Shown: positions 51,137 to 64,000, counted from the stretch's first letter. The stretch is DNA of 64,000 nt from Tubulanus polymorphus (GCF_964204645.1 NC_134031.1:13503807-13567806), one strand, 5' to 3'. Numbers and translations are program-made. The notes: generated by a model not told the origin, from the sequence alone.

Positions 51137-51745
51137 TTAAATAAATTCATATTTAAATGGGTGTTGTAATCGAAATAATAATTTTGATCTTTTATCGCTT
51201 TTCAATTTATCCATGTATTCATTGTGTAAATCATGTGGAATAATATCATTTTCCTCAAGCGCATTTTTCATCGATTTCCTATCTTTATTGTAGAATAATA
51301 CTTAAAATCTAATGTTTTCTCTAAAATCTTTAACAATTGAATTATATTTTTGATTTAAAACCCATGTTGTTATCCCAAAATGTCTCCCAGAGAAAGCTAA
51401 ATAGCATAACTCACTCTCTCTTATTTTTGAATCATGTAAATTTGCACAATCATCTATAATGAATAATGTATTTGATCCTTTATAAATATCAATTGCTATT
51501 TTAATACAATTATCTAAATTTTCTTTAACTGTTTTAGGATCTAATACAATAAATTTATTATTTCTAGTAATATTTCTATCTTAAGTTTGATTAAATTCAT
51601 ACGTTGGACAAAATAATACTATATTATCGAAATAGTTTTTATAAATAGTTTCTAATAAATTTAATATAAAATAAGTTTTCCCACAATTTGTTACACCAGA
51701 AATTAACATATTATGAGGCTCAAATATAAATAATTCCTTGTTCAT
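51137..51745 (-). pseudogene. Packaging ATPase, copy 2 (in-frame stops)
   Basis: FEPHNMLISGVTNCGKT...IIDDCANLHDSK...SGRHFGITTW readable on the minus strand. Confidence 0.85.
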
Positions 51746-52871
51746 TTATATTTTTTTTATTTTACTCGATAATATCCATTCATTGAATTTATCTGGCCAT
51801 CCAACCCATTTTACTAAAGAATATTTTTTTCTATTAACAGTTTATGTGTTTAATACTTTTTCAATTTTATATTCCTGTTCTAGATTTTCAGTAGTTAAAC
51901 TTAATTCTTCTTCATAAAAGTACCCATCAACTTCTTCACCATCTAAATCTTCTAATTTATAGACATTTGGTTTTGTTGTTATTACCTTTTTCATTTTATA
52001 TATTTCTCTAGTAAAATTACGATCGTATCCTTTGTCAAATATCTTTTTAAATTTAGAAATTCTAACATTTTGACCAACTTTAAATTTAGGTTCACCAAAA
52101 TCATCTACAAGAAATGCTCCATATAAATTATTCCAAACAATTTCAGCATTTTCAGGTTTTCTAACATCAATAGGTTTCATTCCAATAGAAGAATGATAAG
52201 AATTATTATAACCTTTTATCAATTTTGGTAAAACATCAATCCATTTAAAAGTATTATTTGCTGTAAAATATTTCCACATTCTTGTTCTTAATGTTCTATT
52301 AAATCGTTCAACCTCTGCTCCTTTTTTATCCGATTTTGTTGAAAAATATTTAATATTATGATTATCTAAGAGTTCATGAACAAGTGAATTATCAAATTCT
52401 TTTCCATCATCAAATTGTATTTTTTTCTGGTTTTAGTTTATCATCCGAAAGAAATTTTCTTAAAACAATTGATGTTTGTACAGCATATTTTCTATAAAGT
52501 CGGAAGCTCCATACATAACGACTAAAATATCAATTATATTCAATATCCACCAATAATCTTTCTTAACATTTTTCATATCAATTAAATCTCCTTGCCACTG
52601 TTTATCTACATAACTTACCATAGTTTTACGAGTTTTATATTTTCTAACAATTTTTTTATGTGTTGTATATGTTGGTTGCTCTAACATAAAGTCATTTATA
52701 TCTTTATACTTAACTAAATTTTTTGGGATTATCTTATCTAATTTATCTTGTTTTACTTGACGCCATATGTTTTTTACAGAAGAATAAGAAACCGAACTCT
52801 CAGGATTATAATATAAATTTCTTAGATATTGTTCTTTAGAATTTCGAGTTTTTTACCCCCCCCCCCCCCAT
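51740..52871 (-). pseudogene. rve integrase with chromodomain, copy 2 (frameshifted)
   Basis: ORFs 52460-52687 (QWQGDLIDM) and 51842-52279 are homologous to 24317-25447. Confidence 0.88.
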
Positions 52872-52901
52872 TTATATATCGTTAATTTTAACTTTATATT
52901 T

Positions 52902-53273
52902 CTAATATTGAATACTATCTAATTGAGAATTTACAAAATTTAATTGCGCGTCAGATATAATATATAATATTAATGTGCATTTTGAAATTTTTGATTCCTT
53001 TTTTCTTTTTCATGAATAATTGTATTCCATCTTTTGTATTTTGTAATTTTTTTCTCAGAACCATGTAATGAATTATCCTTTGTGTTCTAATATCTAACCA
53101 TAGTGCATATTTATTGCCGGTATAATAATCAATTTGATTAATATTACAATTTTCAGATGATTTTACTTTTTCATTCATAAAATGTTTTCTAATTTCTGGC
53201 CACTGATCTATCATTCTCATTCCTTGAAAAAATATTTAATTTGCTATACCTTAAATAGTTATTTCTACCTTTG
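52902..53273 (-). pseudogene. MCP C-terminal fragment, copy 2
   Basis: MRMIDQWPEIRKHFMNEKVKSSENCNINQIDYYTGNKYALWLD is identical to 27110-27313. Confidence 0.85.
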
Positions 53274-53429
53274 AATACAACGTGCTAGCGAAATCTATAA
53301 AGATGGCCGCTCACACCATAATTCTACCAATTTCGTTTCTAGATCTTCGGTCCAGTCCTCTGCCGTGCTGAAGGTTTGGTTTACGTTTTGAACTACTTGA
53401 ATTTGAAAGTTTATGACTAATTACGAATG

Positions 53430-53765
53430 ACGCTAACTAGCGGTGATAATTTGTACTATGTATATGCGGTCTCTCATTGGCTGGAACCCCTGCGCTCAGT
53501 TCCGTCGCGTCGCAGATGAGCTTATGTCGGCTGCGATCGAAAGCAACTGCCCGCCTACCGTAGGCCGGAGTAGAACATGGGCAACTAGCCGGATACGGCT
53601 TGCGACGAGTCGGTAGGCGTCGCGTTGCCGTCGCAAGCCGGCTTATGTCGAACCGATTGAGGAGCAACTGGCGGCCTCTCGTAGGCCGCTAGTTGCCGCT
53701 AATCGGCGATAAACCCAGTTGCGTCGGTAGGCGTCGCGTTGCTTGTCGACATAAGCCAGCCTTTA
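53430..53765. repeat. GC-rich MITE fragment (Harbinger-like terminus) at the Polinton-relic/Gypsy junction
   Basis: Repeated GTCGGTAGGCGTCGCGTTGC and GCTTATGTCG; ends ATAAGCCAGCCTTTA. Confidence 0.5.
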
Positions 53766-56639
53766 GACATCCTGTCGCACACCCTTAGGCACTACCGAGT
53801 ACTGACACTGGCTCAGAAAATTCTCTATTTCTACCGAAACTGCGATATAAGAGGCCGTCAAAGATATGAAAGAAATCAGCTTTAGCAATAAGATGCTGAG
53901 CTTCTGCCTTATTCGAGGGAAGATCCCCTAACTCTAAATACTTAATCAATGGTAGACACTCATTACATGACCGCTGTAGAGAATAGAAATCTACAGTGTC
54001 CAAAACATTGACGCTTTCACTATCACAAGAAACAGGCATTTCAGATGCATAAGAAATAATCCCAATTCCTCCCAGGTTTTCGAAGGAGAAAAGTACCGCT
54101 ACATCTGGCGGAGAGGGATGGTCGTCATGATCCTCGTCATCCACTATCTCCGGGTATTCTCTCCGAGATACTACATCTGCATTGACATTCTTATACCAGG
54201 TCTATGTATGATTTTAAATTCATAAGATTGTAACTTGGTAGCCCAACGCGCCACACGAGTATTAAAATCTGTAGCCTTATTTATGCGTGTCAATGACATG
54301 TGATCTGTAAATATGGTAAAAGGTTTACCCGAAAGATATACACGGTACGTATCAATGCCTACAACGATTGCCAAGCCTTCCTTGTCCCTGGTATTCCAGC
54401 GACGCTGTGAAGCAGACAGAGCTCTGCCTCCATACGCAACAACCTGTTCGAGGCCATTCTCATCAAACTGACCCAAAATATAACTGATTGCCGTGTCGGA
54501 AGCATCAGTGCAGAGAAAGTATTCCTTTTTCGGATCCGGGTAAGCTAATAAAGGAGGTGTCACTAAATGATTTTTGAATTTCTCAAATGCTGCCTGATGA
54601 TCAGCAGTCCAAATAAATTTAATGTCTTTTTCCAAAAGTGAAGTAAGTTGGGTTGCAATCGATGAATAATCTTTGACAAACCTTCACAAAGTTACAAAGC
54701 CCTAGGAAAGACCGAAGTTCTTTTCTATTCTTGGATATCGGAAATGAATTAATCACCTCACATTTAGCAGGATCTGCCTCAGCTCCTTTATCAGAAAGAA
54801 TAAATCCTAAATAGTGAACTTTATTCTGAGCAAACTTGCACTTAGATGGCTTCAAAGTCAAATTAGCAACCCTAAGTCGGTCAAAAACTAAACTCAAATG
54901 TTGCAAGTGTTCATCGAACGATCTTGAATATATCAGAATATCATCGATATATACAAAACAGAATGACCAGTGAAACCCACGCAAAACTTCATTCATTGTC
55001 ATCTGAAATATTGCCGGGCTATTTCTTAGACCGAAGAGCAACCGCTTAACCATGTAACTTCCAGTTTGCATGACAAACGTGGTTTTTTATGCATTGTTTC
55101 TGGATCGAGTTTAAGGTGCCAAAATTTGGAAGTCGTATCAAGTGTAGTAAAGAAGATGCCTGAGATTCACCAATGGAATCGATTACATCAGGTAGCGTTG
55201 GAAGCGGATATGAAATTGTTTTTGTGATACGATTCAAGGACCTATAATCAACCGCAAATCGATATTCACCGTTCTTTTTCTTAACCATAACTACCGGAGA
55301 CTGAAAAGTCACGATATTCCTCTAATAGATCAAGCAACCCACGTTTCTGTTCTCGTTTAATTTAGTATCTGATAAGTCGCAATTTATAGGCCCTATCGGT
55401 GTTTTTTCACTCTCAGGAGCGAAATTAACAAAATCACTTGTATCATATGGAGGTAAATCAGCCGACGATCAGTGGCTTGTCCAAAGGAGTAATTGTCACT
55501 GATTCATCAAGTTTTGATAAAGACGCTATTGAGGACCCTTTCTTAATAGTAATTAATTTGTTCGTCGGATTAATTAGCCTCATGCGGGATAAACCTTTAT
55601 CTACCTTTGCCAAGCATCTAGCTCCTCTAAAATTAAGATTAATTAACTCTGGCAATGGAGCAAGGAGCACTTCTGAACCATTCAGGTATTTCGGTAAGGA
55701 AACTGCAATATCTGCTTCCGATTTTGGTCCTAGTCTTACAGATGTGATTGTTCTAGCAACCGAGCCTTGCAATGTTATCGGTAATATATGATGTGAACCG
55801 CTTTCTGCACTTTCCAATACGAAGCACTTATTCTTAAAATCCAAACTACCACCCATTTCTGTCATAAAATCTAAGCCGATAATCAAATTATGGTGTGACT
55901 TCTCAAATACGTGAAACTTGAATTTGTAAGGATTACTAACTCCAGGGAAGAGCACAGGCAATTCAAGGGTACCGGCTACTGGAATATTGTTACCACTCAC
56001 GCCGACAACTTGGTGAATAGACGAGGGCTCTAATTTACAATCCGCATACCAAGTTTTATTCAGAAATGACCGAGATACACAACTGATGCTAGCTAGCCCC
56101 GCTATCTAATGAGGCACCAACCCGTTGTGAACCAATAAAGACAGTAGTTACATTTCGTTCTAATTGTGCTACCAACGATACGTCGGCCTGAGGGTGCCTA
56201 TCCGAGTTTCCCTGGACAGGCGCGCATCCCTATGCGGAGCTACTATTAAACATACACGCTTTAGCAGTATGTCTTATTTTGTGACATACATTACACTCAG
56301 TGAAAATAGCCTGACAGTCTGACCTCAACGAACATGCGCCATGACAATAAAAACACCTACCAAACCTATCTTTTCTGACAGGGTAATTAAACGATTGTCT
56401 CGAGCGAATATTATACATGTATCGCTGGCCGCTGCCAACGATCCGTCTTGGGTTATCCGATCGACTCAGGTGACTGTTGTATTCGGGTCGCGATCGTGGT
56501 TGTCCACCCCAATTATCACGATGATCGCGGTTACTGTGAACTCGATGTTCTACTTGTTCCTGTCGACGTTCCATTCGATTCATTCGCTGACCGATCGCAT
56601 ATACGAGCTCCGTGACCGGGTCGGGTTACGGTTTATCGA

Positions 56640-57067
56640 CAACAGCTACTGTCTGAGAAAGTTTTTTCCTCGTGAAAAACGTTTTTTCGGTGCCGTGTGC
56701 GTTGGAGGCAAAACACAAAGCACCGAACTGAAAAACATTTTTCGCGAGCAAAAAACGTTTTTCGCGAAACAAGCACTGCTTGATTTGCGAAAAACGTTTT
56801 TTTTTGTAGTGGAAAACGTTTTTCGTCCCGTGTGTTGCTACACACGTCGATTGACACTTCTATGCCGTCGATTTTGCAAAATTAACAATATTGCTAATAA
56901 GATGAGTTTGTTGTCTCCATGGATTCCATGGTGCAAGAAATTTTTTCTGCACATTTTCGTTATGCCGTGTGCGTTGGACGTTTTATCGTTTGCGGGCAAA
57001 ACGTTTTGTGAAAAACGTGTTTTCTGTTTCGGCGAAACAAATTTTTTGCCGTGTGCGTTGGGCTTTA
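56640..57067. mobile_element. Harbinger-like MITE fragment interrupting Gypsy gag
   Basis: Three GCCGTGTGCGTTGG repeats, many AAAACGTTTT palindromes, terminus GTGCGTTGGGCTTTA. Confidence 0.6.
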
Positions 57068-57681
57068 GGCGGGTTTATAACCAGATACGGCTTCAGCTAG
57101 TCGCGTATGCCATTCAAAGCGAGATGCACGATTTCGGTCGTATGGCAAGTTGATGTCGTGGCCGCTCTTTCCACACGATCGAGAAAATCCTTCGTCGATT
57201 CGGTTTTACCCTGATTGATGCCAGATAATAGGACATCCGTTACCGGTCGGTACCTACGATGCAACGCATCTCTTAATTTCACGATGTCGTCTTGTTCAAT
57301 TTCACTCAGCCCACTTATCACCGTTTCGACTGATGGCGAGACGTTCGAAATAAAATAATACGGCTGTAGGTTCGGTACAGCATGCTGACGGGCCCAGCGC
57401 TCGAACTGGCGTATCCACGCGTCGACATTTTGTAACCCATCGAATTTGATCAAATTTTGTTTAATCGACATCTTATTGAACGCAACTACTTCTGGATCTA
57501 TCGGTGATCCTGTAGCACTTAGGCTGCTTTCGAGAGCCATATTATCGTCCACCGAAGAACAGCTTACTTTATCGCTTGCTTCCACTGAACCGGGTTGTAC
57601 GAGAATCGGAGCAGAAGTTGACGTACCACTTCTCAATAGGTACTGATTATTTTTACCAGGCTGCAGCATCAGGAACGAGCG

Positions 57682-57691
57682 TTCTCCACCA
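57682..57691 (-). promoter_or_regulatory. Candidate primer-binding site (tRNA-Ala-like)
   Basis: TGGTGGAGAA lies 7 nt downstream of ...TTATTACA (putative LTR end). Confidence 0.55.
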
Positions 57692-59943
57692 TTATACATG
57701 TAATAACGCTTTGGAATTAGACGCGGAATCTAGGTAGTGACACAGCCTGGGACCCTGGTTTTGTCCTCTATTTACCTGCAATGTCCTGTAATGTCCGGTA
57801 ATGTCCAAGAAGACCAAAAACACGATGATATATAATAGTTGTTCTTTATTATTGAGAGTCCAAAACCAGAATGATCCAGAACGGTCTATGCTGGACCTTC
57901 TTGGCTTTGGCTCCGCCTTCTTGGACCAGGCAACCGATTGGTGGATAGAAACCAAGCTACAGTGGTGTTTACACAGTTAAAAGTTTGCCTAATAGTTTGG
58001 TCCACTAATGGACGGACTTTTGGTTGAATAGTTCCCTTTAACTCTAATAAAAACACACTCGGGTCAGATGTCACTTTATATCGGGGTCGTATTGTAAACA
58101 AAGACGTGTCAGCTCTGTTTGAGTATGACTGTTTTGATATACTAAATAGTTGATATTCAAAAAGTCAGATAATATGAAATTGAATCTGATGTATATCGTA
58201 AATAATAATTTAGTGTTGTTACAATTGGAATGAGAGAACTGACTGAATCAAGCAGTCCACGGCCTTTGCCTGGAACGCTTTAAATTTACTCAAGCACTAT
58301 TGCCACCGATACTGATTAGTCCATCAATGTCATAATTTAAACTCTCTATTTCTGTAAACTAGAGCAAACCTTTTAGTGAGATAATTGAATCCCGGGTCTA
58401 TGAACTACCCTGTAAGGATTGTAATATGGCATATCATCTATATCAAGTTGTGCATTAATGCATTCCTCAATCCCCAGATTTACTATTAACTATAAACTGC
58501 AATAAAATGGCGTTTATCAGACTTTGGTCGAAAAATACAATAAGATGGTAAATGTATTAATTACCTTAAAACTGTTGAACGGGTAGGTGATAATGAATTC
58601 AACAGTTGCGTTCATTATCAAAATAAGACGAGATATAGTACGAATAAATTGTACGTGCAGCATAACTTAAATATGGTTAATTTTTGGCCATATTTTTAGC
58701 GATACGCTTTAGATATGTATATCATGTTTATCTGACATCATGAAAATAATTTAATCGTCGGTAGATTAATAACTGCTGCTGCTCAAAATCAAAGATCAGA
58801 ATTTTAACCGCAAGTTTATACGTGTGAGAGTGTACCGTATTATATAAACGACGTAATGTATTCGTCATTTTTAATGGAAAATTTATGCACCATACTTCGA
58901 TTTGCATTGCTGGAATCCTGATAGTTTCCAACAGGTGGAAAATGAATTCTTTTGTTTTACGTCATCCACCCTCATGCGTTTGAATAGCGTATTTCTCAAT
59001 ACTCCAGTTTATCATCGGTTATTTGTCGGTACGTCGGGTGTACGTGTAAGAAATGTAATATTGATGGAATATCGTAGAACTTGAATTAGGTTGAATTCTA
59101 CATAATGGAAGATGACAAAATTGGAAAATACCGGTCGGTTATCTTCCGCAGTGTACAATTCGTCCTCATTCCAGTTCAGGTCTTACATTTTTAGACTTGG
59201 CATAGGCCTATCTAAGCAACCCGAGGCCAAGCGTCAAGCAACTCATCAATTAGCCATGAGTGAGCGAATGATTATCATGTGATGCTTCCAAATACGGCAC
59301 CACACGACTGAGGTACTAGCGAGGCCATCTTGACAAGTCACATGATACAGATGTTTGGCGGGAAAGATAACCACTTCTCCGTCGCCAGTGATAAGACATG
59401 GGAGACACCAAGCAATCGATTGCTCGACGGTTGCTTGCAAAACCGGTCGCAGCAACCGGCGACTAAAAATCGCCTCGTGTGCGCCAGGCGAAAAACCTTT
59501 TAGTCGGCTCGCAAAGAAAGGACGTCAAGAAAAAATATATTACGGAATCTTTAATTGTTGGTTGGCAAAACACCTCAATCAATCAATCAATCAGAGTCCA
59601 TGCGTGTTGCGACTCGGGGTCCTCATTAGCTTATGGACGCTGAAGTTTGTATGTTAATCATCATTTACTGATCGTTTTTTGTTCATCACGCGCTACCCGC
59701 TCCCCTAGTTTCTTAGCTTCACACTTTTGTACGGAGCCACCGAGGTGAAATGTTGAAAAATATATGTATTTTGTTTTCTATAGTTTGCCTTTGTTACTGT
59801 TTGCTGTCCATTGAGCGTATTTCCATACTTCTTGTTCAGAAATAACCTTTGAAGAAAAACCCACAATATAAAGAAACAACAACTTCCAGAACTGGGTGAA
59901 ACTGGGCGTGACTATTTTTATCATCCGATTCCTTTTTTTACAG

Positions 59944-60081
59944 TGCTCACCGGGGAAGGCAATCGATCATTTTTTCCGGCATTTGAATGAAAAACCTACG
60001 AAGATAATGATATTAGGAGGTGGTTGCTCAAAAGCGACTGCTCCAGTAGCCCGGACGGCTACATATTTCAATCTAGTTCAG
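59944..60081 (+). CDS. GABA-B-like GPCR exon 2
   Basis: CSPGKAIDHFFRHLNEKPTKIMILGGGCSKATAPVARTATYFNLVQ; phase-0 AG/GT. Confidence 0.9.
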
Positions 60082-60511
60082 GTAATGTATAACGGACTGA
60101 ACGAACCACCCGCTATCTGGAACACGATTTTCTCGTTAACAGATGGTTACGAAAAGAATCGAGCGAATTTAATTTTCTAAACCCGGCAGTTTTTTATTTA
60201 ATACGTAGTTCTAGTCAACACCGACCATAGAATCTCCGGGAATGCTATATGGGACTTAGTTTTTGCAATATTCCTCTTCATTGTTAAGGGTGAAAATTGA
60301 TGAAAGTTATCGGTAAAAACGCACATTACATTGGTGGTGGTTTTGATTGATTTGTACGACCAATATGGAAAGTTGTTTGTGAACCGATATTCCTAACTTA
60401 AGCCGTCAAAATGTCATTTCAATTACGTTTCAATCACAAGAGATGTTAAACTGACGCCGATAGTATCCATTTCTTCCGTTTGTCTGGATAGCTGTTTGTT
60501 CTATTTTCAAG

Positions 60512-60682
60512 ATGTCTTATTCAACCGGATCAGGAGAACTCTCGAATCGGGAGAATTTTCCAACATTTTTCCGCACTTCGGCTTCTGACGTAGCACTAGT
60601 GATGCCACATATTTCTCTGATGAAAAAGTTCGGTTGGCACCGAGTGGCGACGATTTCTCAAAATGACCCCATGTTTTCAGTG
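60512..60682 (+). CDS. GABA-B-like GPCR exon 3
   Basis: MSYSTGSGELSNRENFPTFFRTSASD...KKFGWHRVATISQNDPMFSV; GTGAGT donor. Confidence 0.9.
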
Positions 60683-61165
60683 GTGAGTGAGCAATCCTTA
60701 GTAAATTGGGGCCACGCCTTAGAAATGGACGGCACAATACATATACAGCATGCCCAGTATAGAGATGAAACCTAGGTAAACGAAACCCGTAAGAACGAAC
60801 GTGTCATCGTAGTTGACCATTCCATGGGAAATTTGATGAATTGTGAAAAAATAATATTTCACAGGACACTTTTCTGTACAACCGGGACCGGGTGAACAAT
60901 ACCGTTAATTCCTTATTCGTTCGGTCCGTGCCCAAAGCGATTCTAAATGAAGAGATGAAAAGGATTTATTGAGATCAAGTCTCTCACAGAAACCTGTTGC
61001 TGTACCGACTAAATCGCGCGCTATGAATACAATGCCCCTGAATCACTTATCAACACAGGTTTGAACATGGACTCAACATGGATCAATCAGGAGCGGTAAT
61101 CCTTATGAAAATCTCCTGGGATTTTAGTATAACATCGTTTATATTCATGTTCATTTTGATTACAG

Positions 61166-61267
61166 ACTATCGATGATTTGCACAGAAGATTGCATGAAAA
61201 TAGTATCAGTCTGATTACGTCGGAGATATTTTTGACTAATCCGGGACAACAGCTGCAAAATATCGTG
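61166..61267 (+). CDS. GABA-B-like GPCR exon 4
   Basis: TIDDLHRRLHENSISLITSEIFLTNPGQQLQNIV; CAG acceptor; weak donor (could be at 61264). Confidence 0.75.
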
Positions 61268-61512
61268 GTGCTTATGATTTTAGCAGTTATATGTATACTG
61301 ATAAATGTAAATTCTTGAACATAGACCAATATGTATACCAATAATTGGTAAAAACTAAATAAGATATGATTGAATTATATTCTAAGGACATCCGGTACTT
61401 TTCATTCGACTAATTAACAGTTTATTTGCTTATATCCATAATCCTTATACCAAGATCCCCTCGAGTTTTAACCAAGAATTTGTCAAAAATTTCAGTTTCC
61501 TAATCATTTCAG

Positions 61513-61578
61513 AGAAAAGATGCGAGGATAATCATATTGGCTTCGTATGAAGGCACTGCACGCCGTGTCATGTGCGAG
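61513..61578 (+). CDS. GABA-B-like GPCR exon 5; the gene continues beyond recognisable exons
   Basis: RKDARIIILASYEGTARRVMCE matches the DARIIVG.FYE..ARKVFCE pattern. Confidence 0.88.
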
Positions 61579-61794
61579 GTAAAAAACCTTTTCTATTCGT
61601 TACTAAATCTGTCGCAGAAATTATGCAGTCATTGTCTTATGTGTCCGATTGCGTGTCGTTCTTTAACGGTTACAAATATCCTGACAATCAATGCCCCGGT
61701 AATTTGATGGCCAGGCTCACACCCTAGATTAATGACCGAAGCCTCTTTCCTAACGAACGTCCATAGGAGATCACCGAATGACTGCAGCAAGGTC

Positions 61795-62528
61795 AACAGA
61801 AAAAATGGCCAAGGAAAAAAATGGCCAGCAAAAATAGCCAAGGAATGAATGGCCAAGGTACTTGCCTAGGAAAAAATGGCCAAGGAAAAAATGGTCACGG
61901 AAAAAAAGGCCAAGGAAGATTAAATAGAAAACTAACCATCATTTCATTGACTAAAAAAAAGAAATCAAATGCATTGATGTTTTGACATGTCACTTTTTGA
62001 GATTATTAGACCTATTCCTGGATTAGTTTAGGTGAATTTATGATGAGCATATCTCACTTCGATGTTATCAGACACCAGTTTGCTATATAAATTACCACAC
62101 AATTTCAATGCTTTACCTTTGATGATTTAAGACATCTGTGCCCTAATAGCTTACTTAGATGCTTTGAAACATTAATTTAGTTAACTTATTAAGTTTAAGT
62201 TTATAACTATTAAGTTTATCCATTGCCCACTTGCATGATAGTTCTCTCATGATATTTCTTGATGTATTCATTATATGTAATGAAATTAAATGTAAGTTCA
62301 TAACATTTCTGAACTCATTCTACCGATTTTGATTGTTTTTAGCCCCATGAAAAATAAATGATGTCATCAAATTGAAAGCTATGTTTATCAACATTGTCAG
62401 TACTGCTCATAAATTTTCCTTCGCCCTTTTTTATGTGGCCATTTTTTCCTAGGCCATTTCTTCCTAGGCAAATACCTTGGCCATTTTTTCCTTGGCCATT
62501 TTTTTCCTTGGCCATTTTTTCCTACATT
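61795..62528. mobile_element. MITE with tandem GGCCAAGGAAAAAA subterminal repeats
   Basis: Repeats at 61800-61915 are mirrored at 62415-62520. Confidence 0.75.
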
Positions 62529-62818
62529 CATATTTCACAAATAACAAACATATACCTGTTCTCAAAGAAAAGATTACCTGTATCATGCCACATGAAAACC
62601 TCTGATTTAAGTTCAGTGTCGAATTTCCGGTGCAGTTGATGATATGCGATGAAGACGGGGAATAATATCTTTCCGGGCTACGTCAGCAGAAAGCGAATTC
62701 ATTAGACTTTTCGCATGACATTCGAGAGATAATCGAACCTTCATCCGCATACAAAAGTTATCCCGCTGCCATTCGTAAAATTACACGTCACGCGTAATTA
62801 ATCTTATTTCATTCTCTC

Positions 62819-63008
62819 ATTAGATTAGATTAGATTAGATTAGATTAGATTAGAAATGTCATTGTCCACAAAAAAATTTGCATTGACAAAAGTTGTTTCA
62901 ATGGTTAGTGCACGATATCAATAAGTGTTATAAATGAAAAGTTGAGATTAAACAGCAGCAGCGGCGGCGGCGGCGGCGGCGGCAGCAGCAGCAGCAGCGG
63001 CGGCGGCA
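62819..63008. repeat. Microsatellites (TTAGA)n at 62819-62854 and (GCA/GCG)n at 62954-63008
   Basis: Direct inspection. Confidence 0.9.
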
Positions 63009-63233
63009 TCAGCCACACCGGCAATGGACAGTGTTACATTAATTTTACACAATAAACACAATGCAAGTTTAAAGGTTACCATAAGCAACTGGTCACTAAT
63101 TTTCTTCGTGTGACTGGCCCCAATTAAATACAGACTGAAACGTTGAATAGTATTTATAGTCAATCAAAGAGTAACCATATGTAGGATAAATTATCTATTG
63201 TCAACCTGACGACATAGTTTGCTTAAATGGGTA

Positions 63234-63740
63234 ACAGGTAAAAATCCCCCCCCCCCCCCCCCGGTAAATATCCCCTGGCAAAATCCCCCTTAGGTAAAAA
63301 TCCCCCCTGGTTAAAAACCCCCAAATTTGATTTTACAGCAATTATCAACAAAATATTTCAATATTCTTATATTTCAGATTTTCCTTGATGTTTTTCACAA
63401 TATTCACCTTGGATAATCAATGACTTTGACCAGGCTACGTGCATAAAAATGACATTATTCTGTGACTTTTAGTTAGTAAAATGCATGAAAATGATATTAT
63501 CGTATTTCTGAAAATTTCTATGAAGAAATCTAGTTTAAAAGTAGCAAAATATATTTGTACCTATCTATGTATTATCTAAGTATTATTGTGAAAAGTATTA
63601 TCGGTTTTCATTTAGGTTTTTTACTTAAATTTGATAGAAAACTGAAATTGGGGGGATTTTTACCTGGGGGGGGGGGGGGATTTTTACCGTGTGGGATTTT
63701 TACTGGGGGGATATTTACCGGGGGGATTTTTACCTACATT
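63234..63740. mobile_element. MITE with GGTAAAAATCCCCC subterminal repeats
   Basis: Repeats at 63236-63323 are mirrored at 63650-63736; partial copy at 4195-4416. Confidence 0.75.
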
Positions 63741-64000
63741 CGCTTAAAATGACATAATAGAGAGGTGTTCCGGGTTTCGAATAGTTTTTTAGATTTTCAA
63801 GGATTGGGATATTCAAAAAGTTACGCGGGAGTAGGAGATCTCTTGCTTCCGCATATGCAGGGCACTCTAGCAGGGCATGGCGTTCATCGCCTGAGATTTG
63901 CATATTGCACTGGTCACGTAACCTATCTTCCCTTAAAACTCTTCGCCTGCGACCTACTTCGATGGATAAACTGTGGTTACTGCATCTAAAGCGAACTAGG

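Larger units (their letters stand above)
49359..53273. mobile_element. Truncated second Polinton-like element of the same family
   Basis: Terminus AGTAATTGGGAAATGTGGGTTTCAGG... aligns ungapped (32/45) with the first element's end; homologs of the SSB-like ORF, ORF-B, ORF-A, ATPase, integrase and MCP C-terminus. Confidence 0.9.
53785..58111 (-). mobile_element. Ty3/Gypsy LTR retrotransposon, 3'-truncated and frameshifted
   Basis: gag 57097-57699 and 56230-56583 (CNVCHKIRHTAKAC knuckle); protease LDSGAS at ~56092-56109; RT 54619-55312 (YRFAVDYR, FGLRNSPA, YIDD); RNase H 54171-54635 (TDASD...TDH). Candidate 5' LTR from ~57699 to at least 58111 with AATAAA; its outer boundary is uncertain. Confidence 0.9.

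Noticed and set aside
56341-57153. 270-aa plus-strand ORF
   Set aside because: Spans antisense gag and a MITE insertion; no recognisable domain.
62948-63163. Poly-Ala ORF
   Set aside because: A GCA/GCG microsatellite in an intron.
63765-63989. Possible next GPCR exon
   Set aside because: No frame matches the expected ...YVW..GWY motif.

Overview
Eukaryotic (metazoan, probably invertebrate) AT-rich genomic DNA with two spliced host genes on the + strand: the last five exons of a PKN-family protein kinase (3877-10678) and the first five exons of a GABA-B-like class C GPCR (43345-61578, 16.3-kb first intron). The main feature is a full-length ~17.9-kb Polinton/Maverick-type endogenous virus (20688-38631) with a perfect 6-bp TSD (GATGCC) and ~590-bp TIRs. 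It encodes pPolB, an rve integrase with chromodomain, an A32-like ATPase, major and minor capsid proteins, an HNH nuclease and a cluster of membrane proteins, with no recognisable maturation protease; several genes are disrupted. Two features are unusual. Nearly every gene starts at a poxvirus-late-promoter-like T-tract+TAAATG motif, and the outer ~400 bp of each TIR is itself an imperfect hairpin. Together these suggest, as inference, a virophage-like parasite of a pox-like cytoplasmic virus. A second, rearranged relic of the same family (49359-53273), a Gypsy LTR element and a LINE fragment lie in the GPCR intron. The rest holds a decayed hAT transposase, Helentron/DINE-like elements with ~150-bp tandem repeats and many MITEs, including nested 9-bp-TSD elements carrying a spliced PHD-finger fragment and a USP Cys-box fragment. 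All protein calls are from motif recognition by eye; no searches were run.
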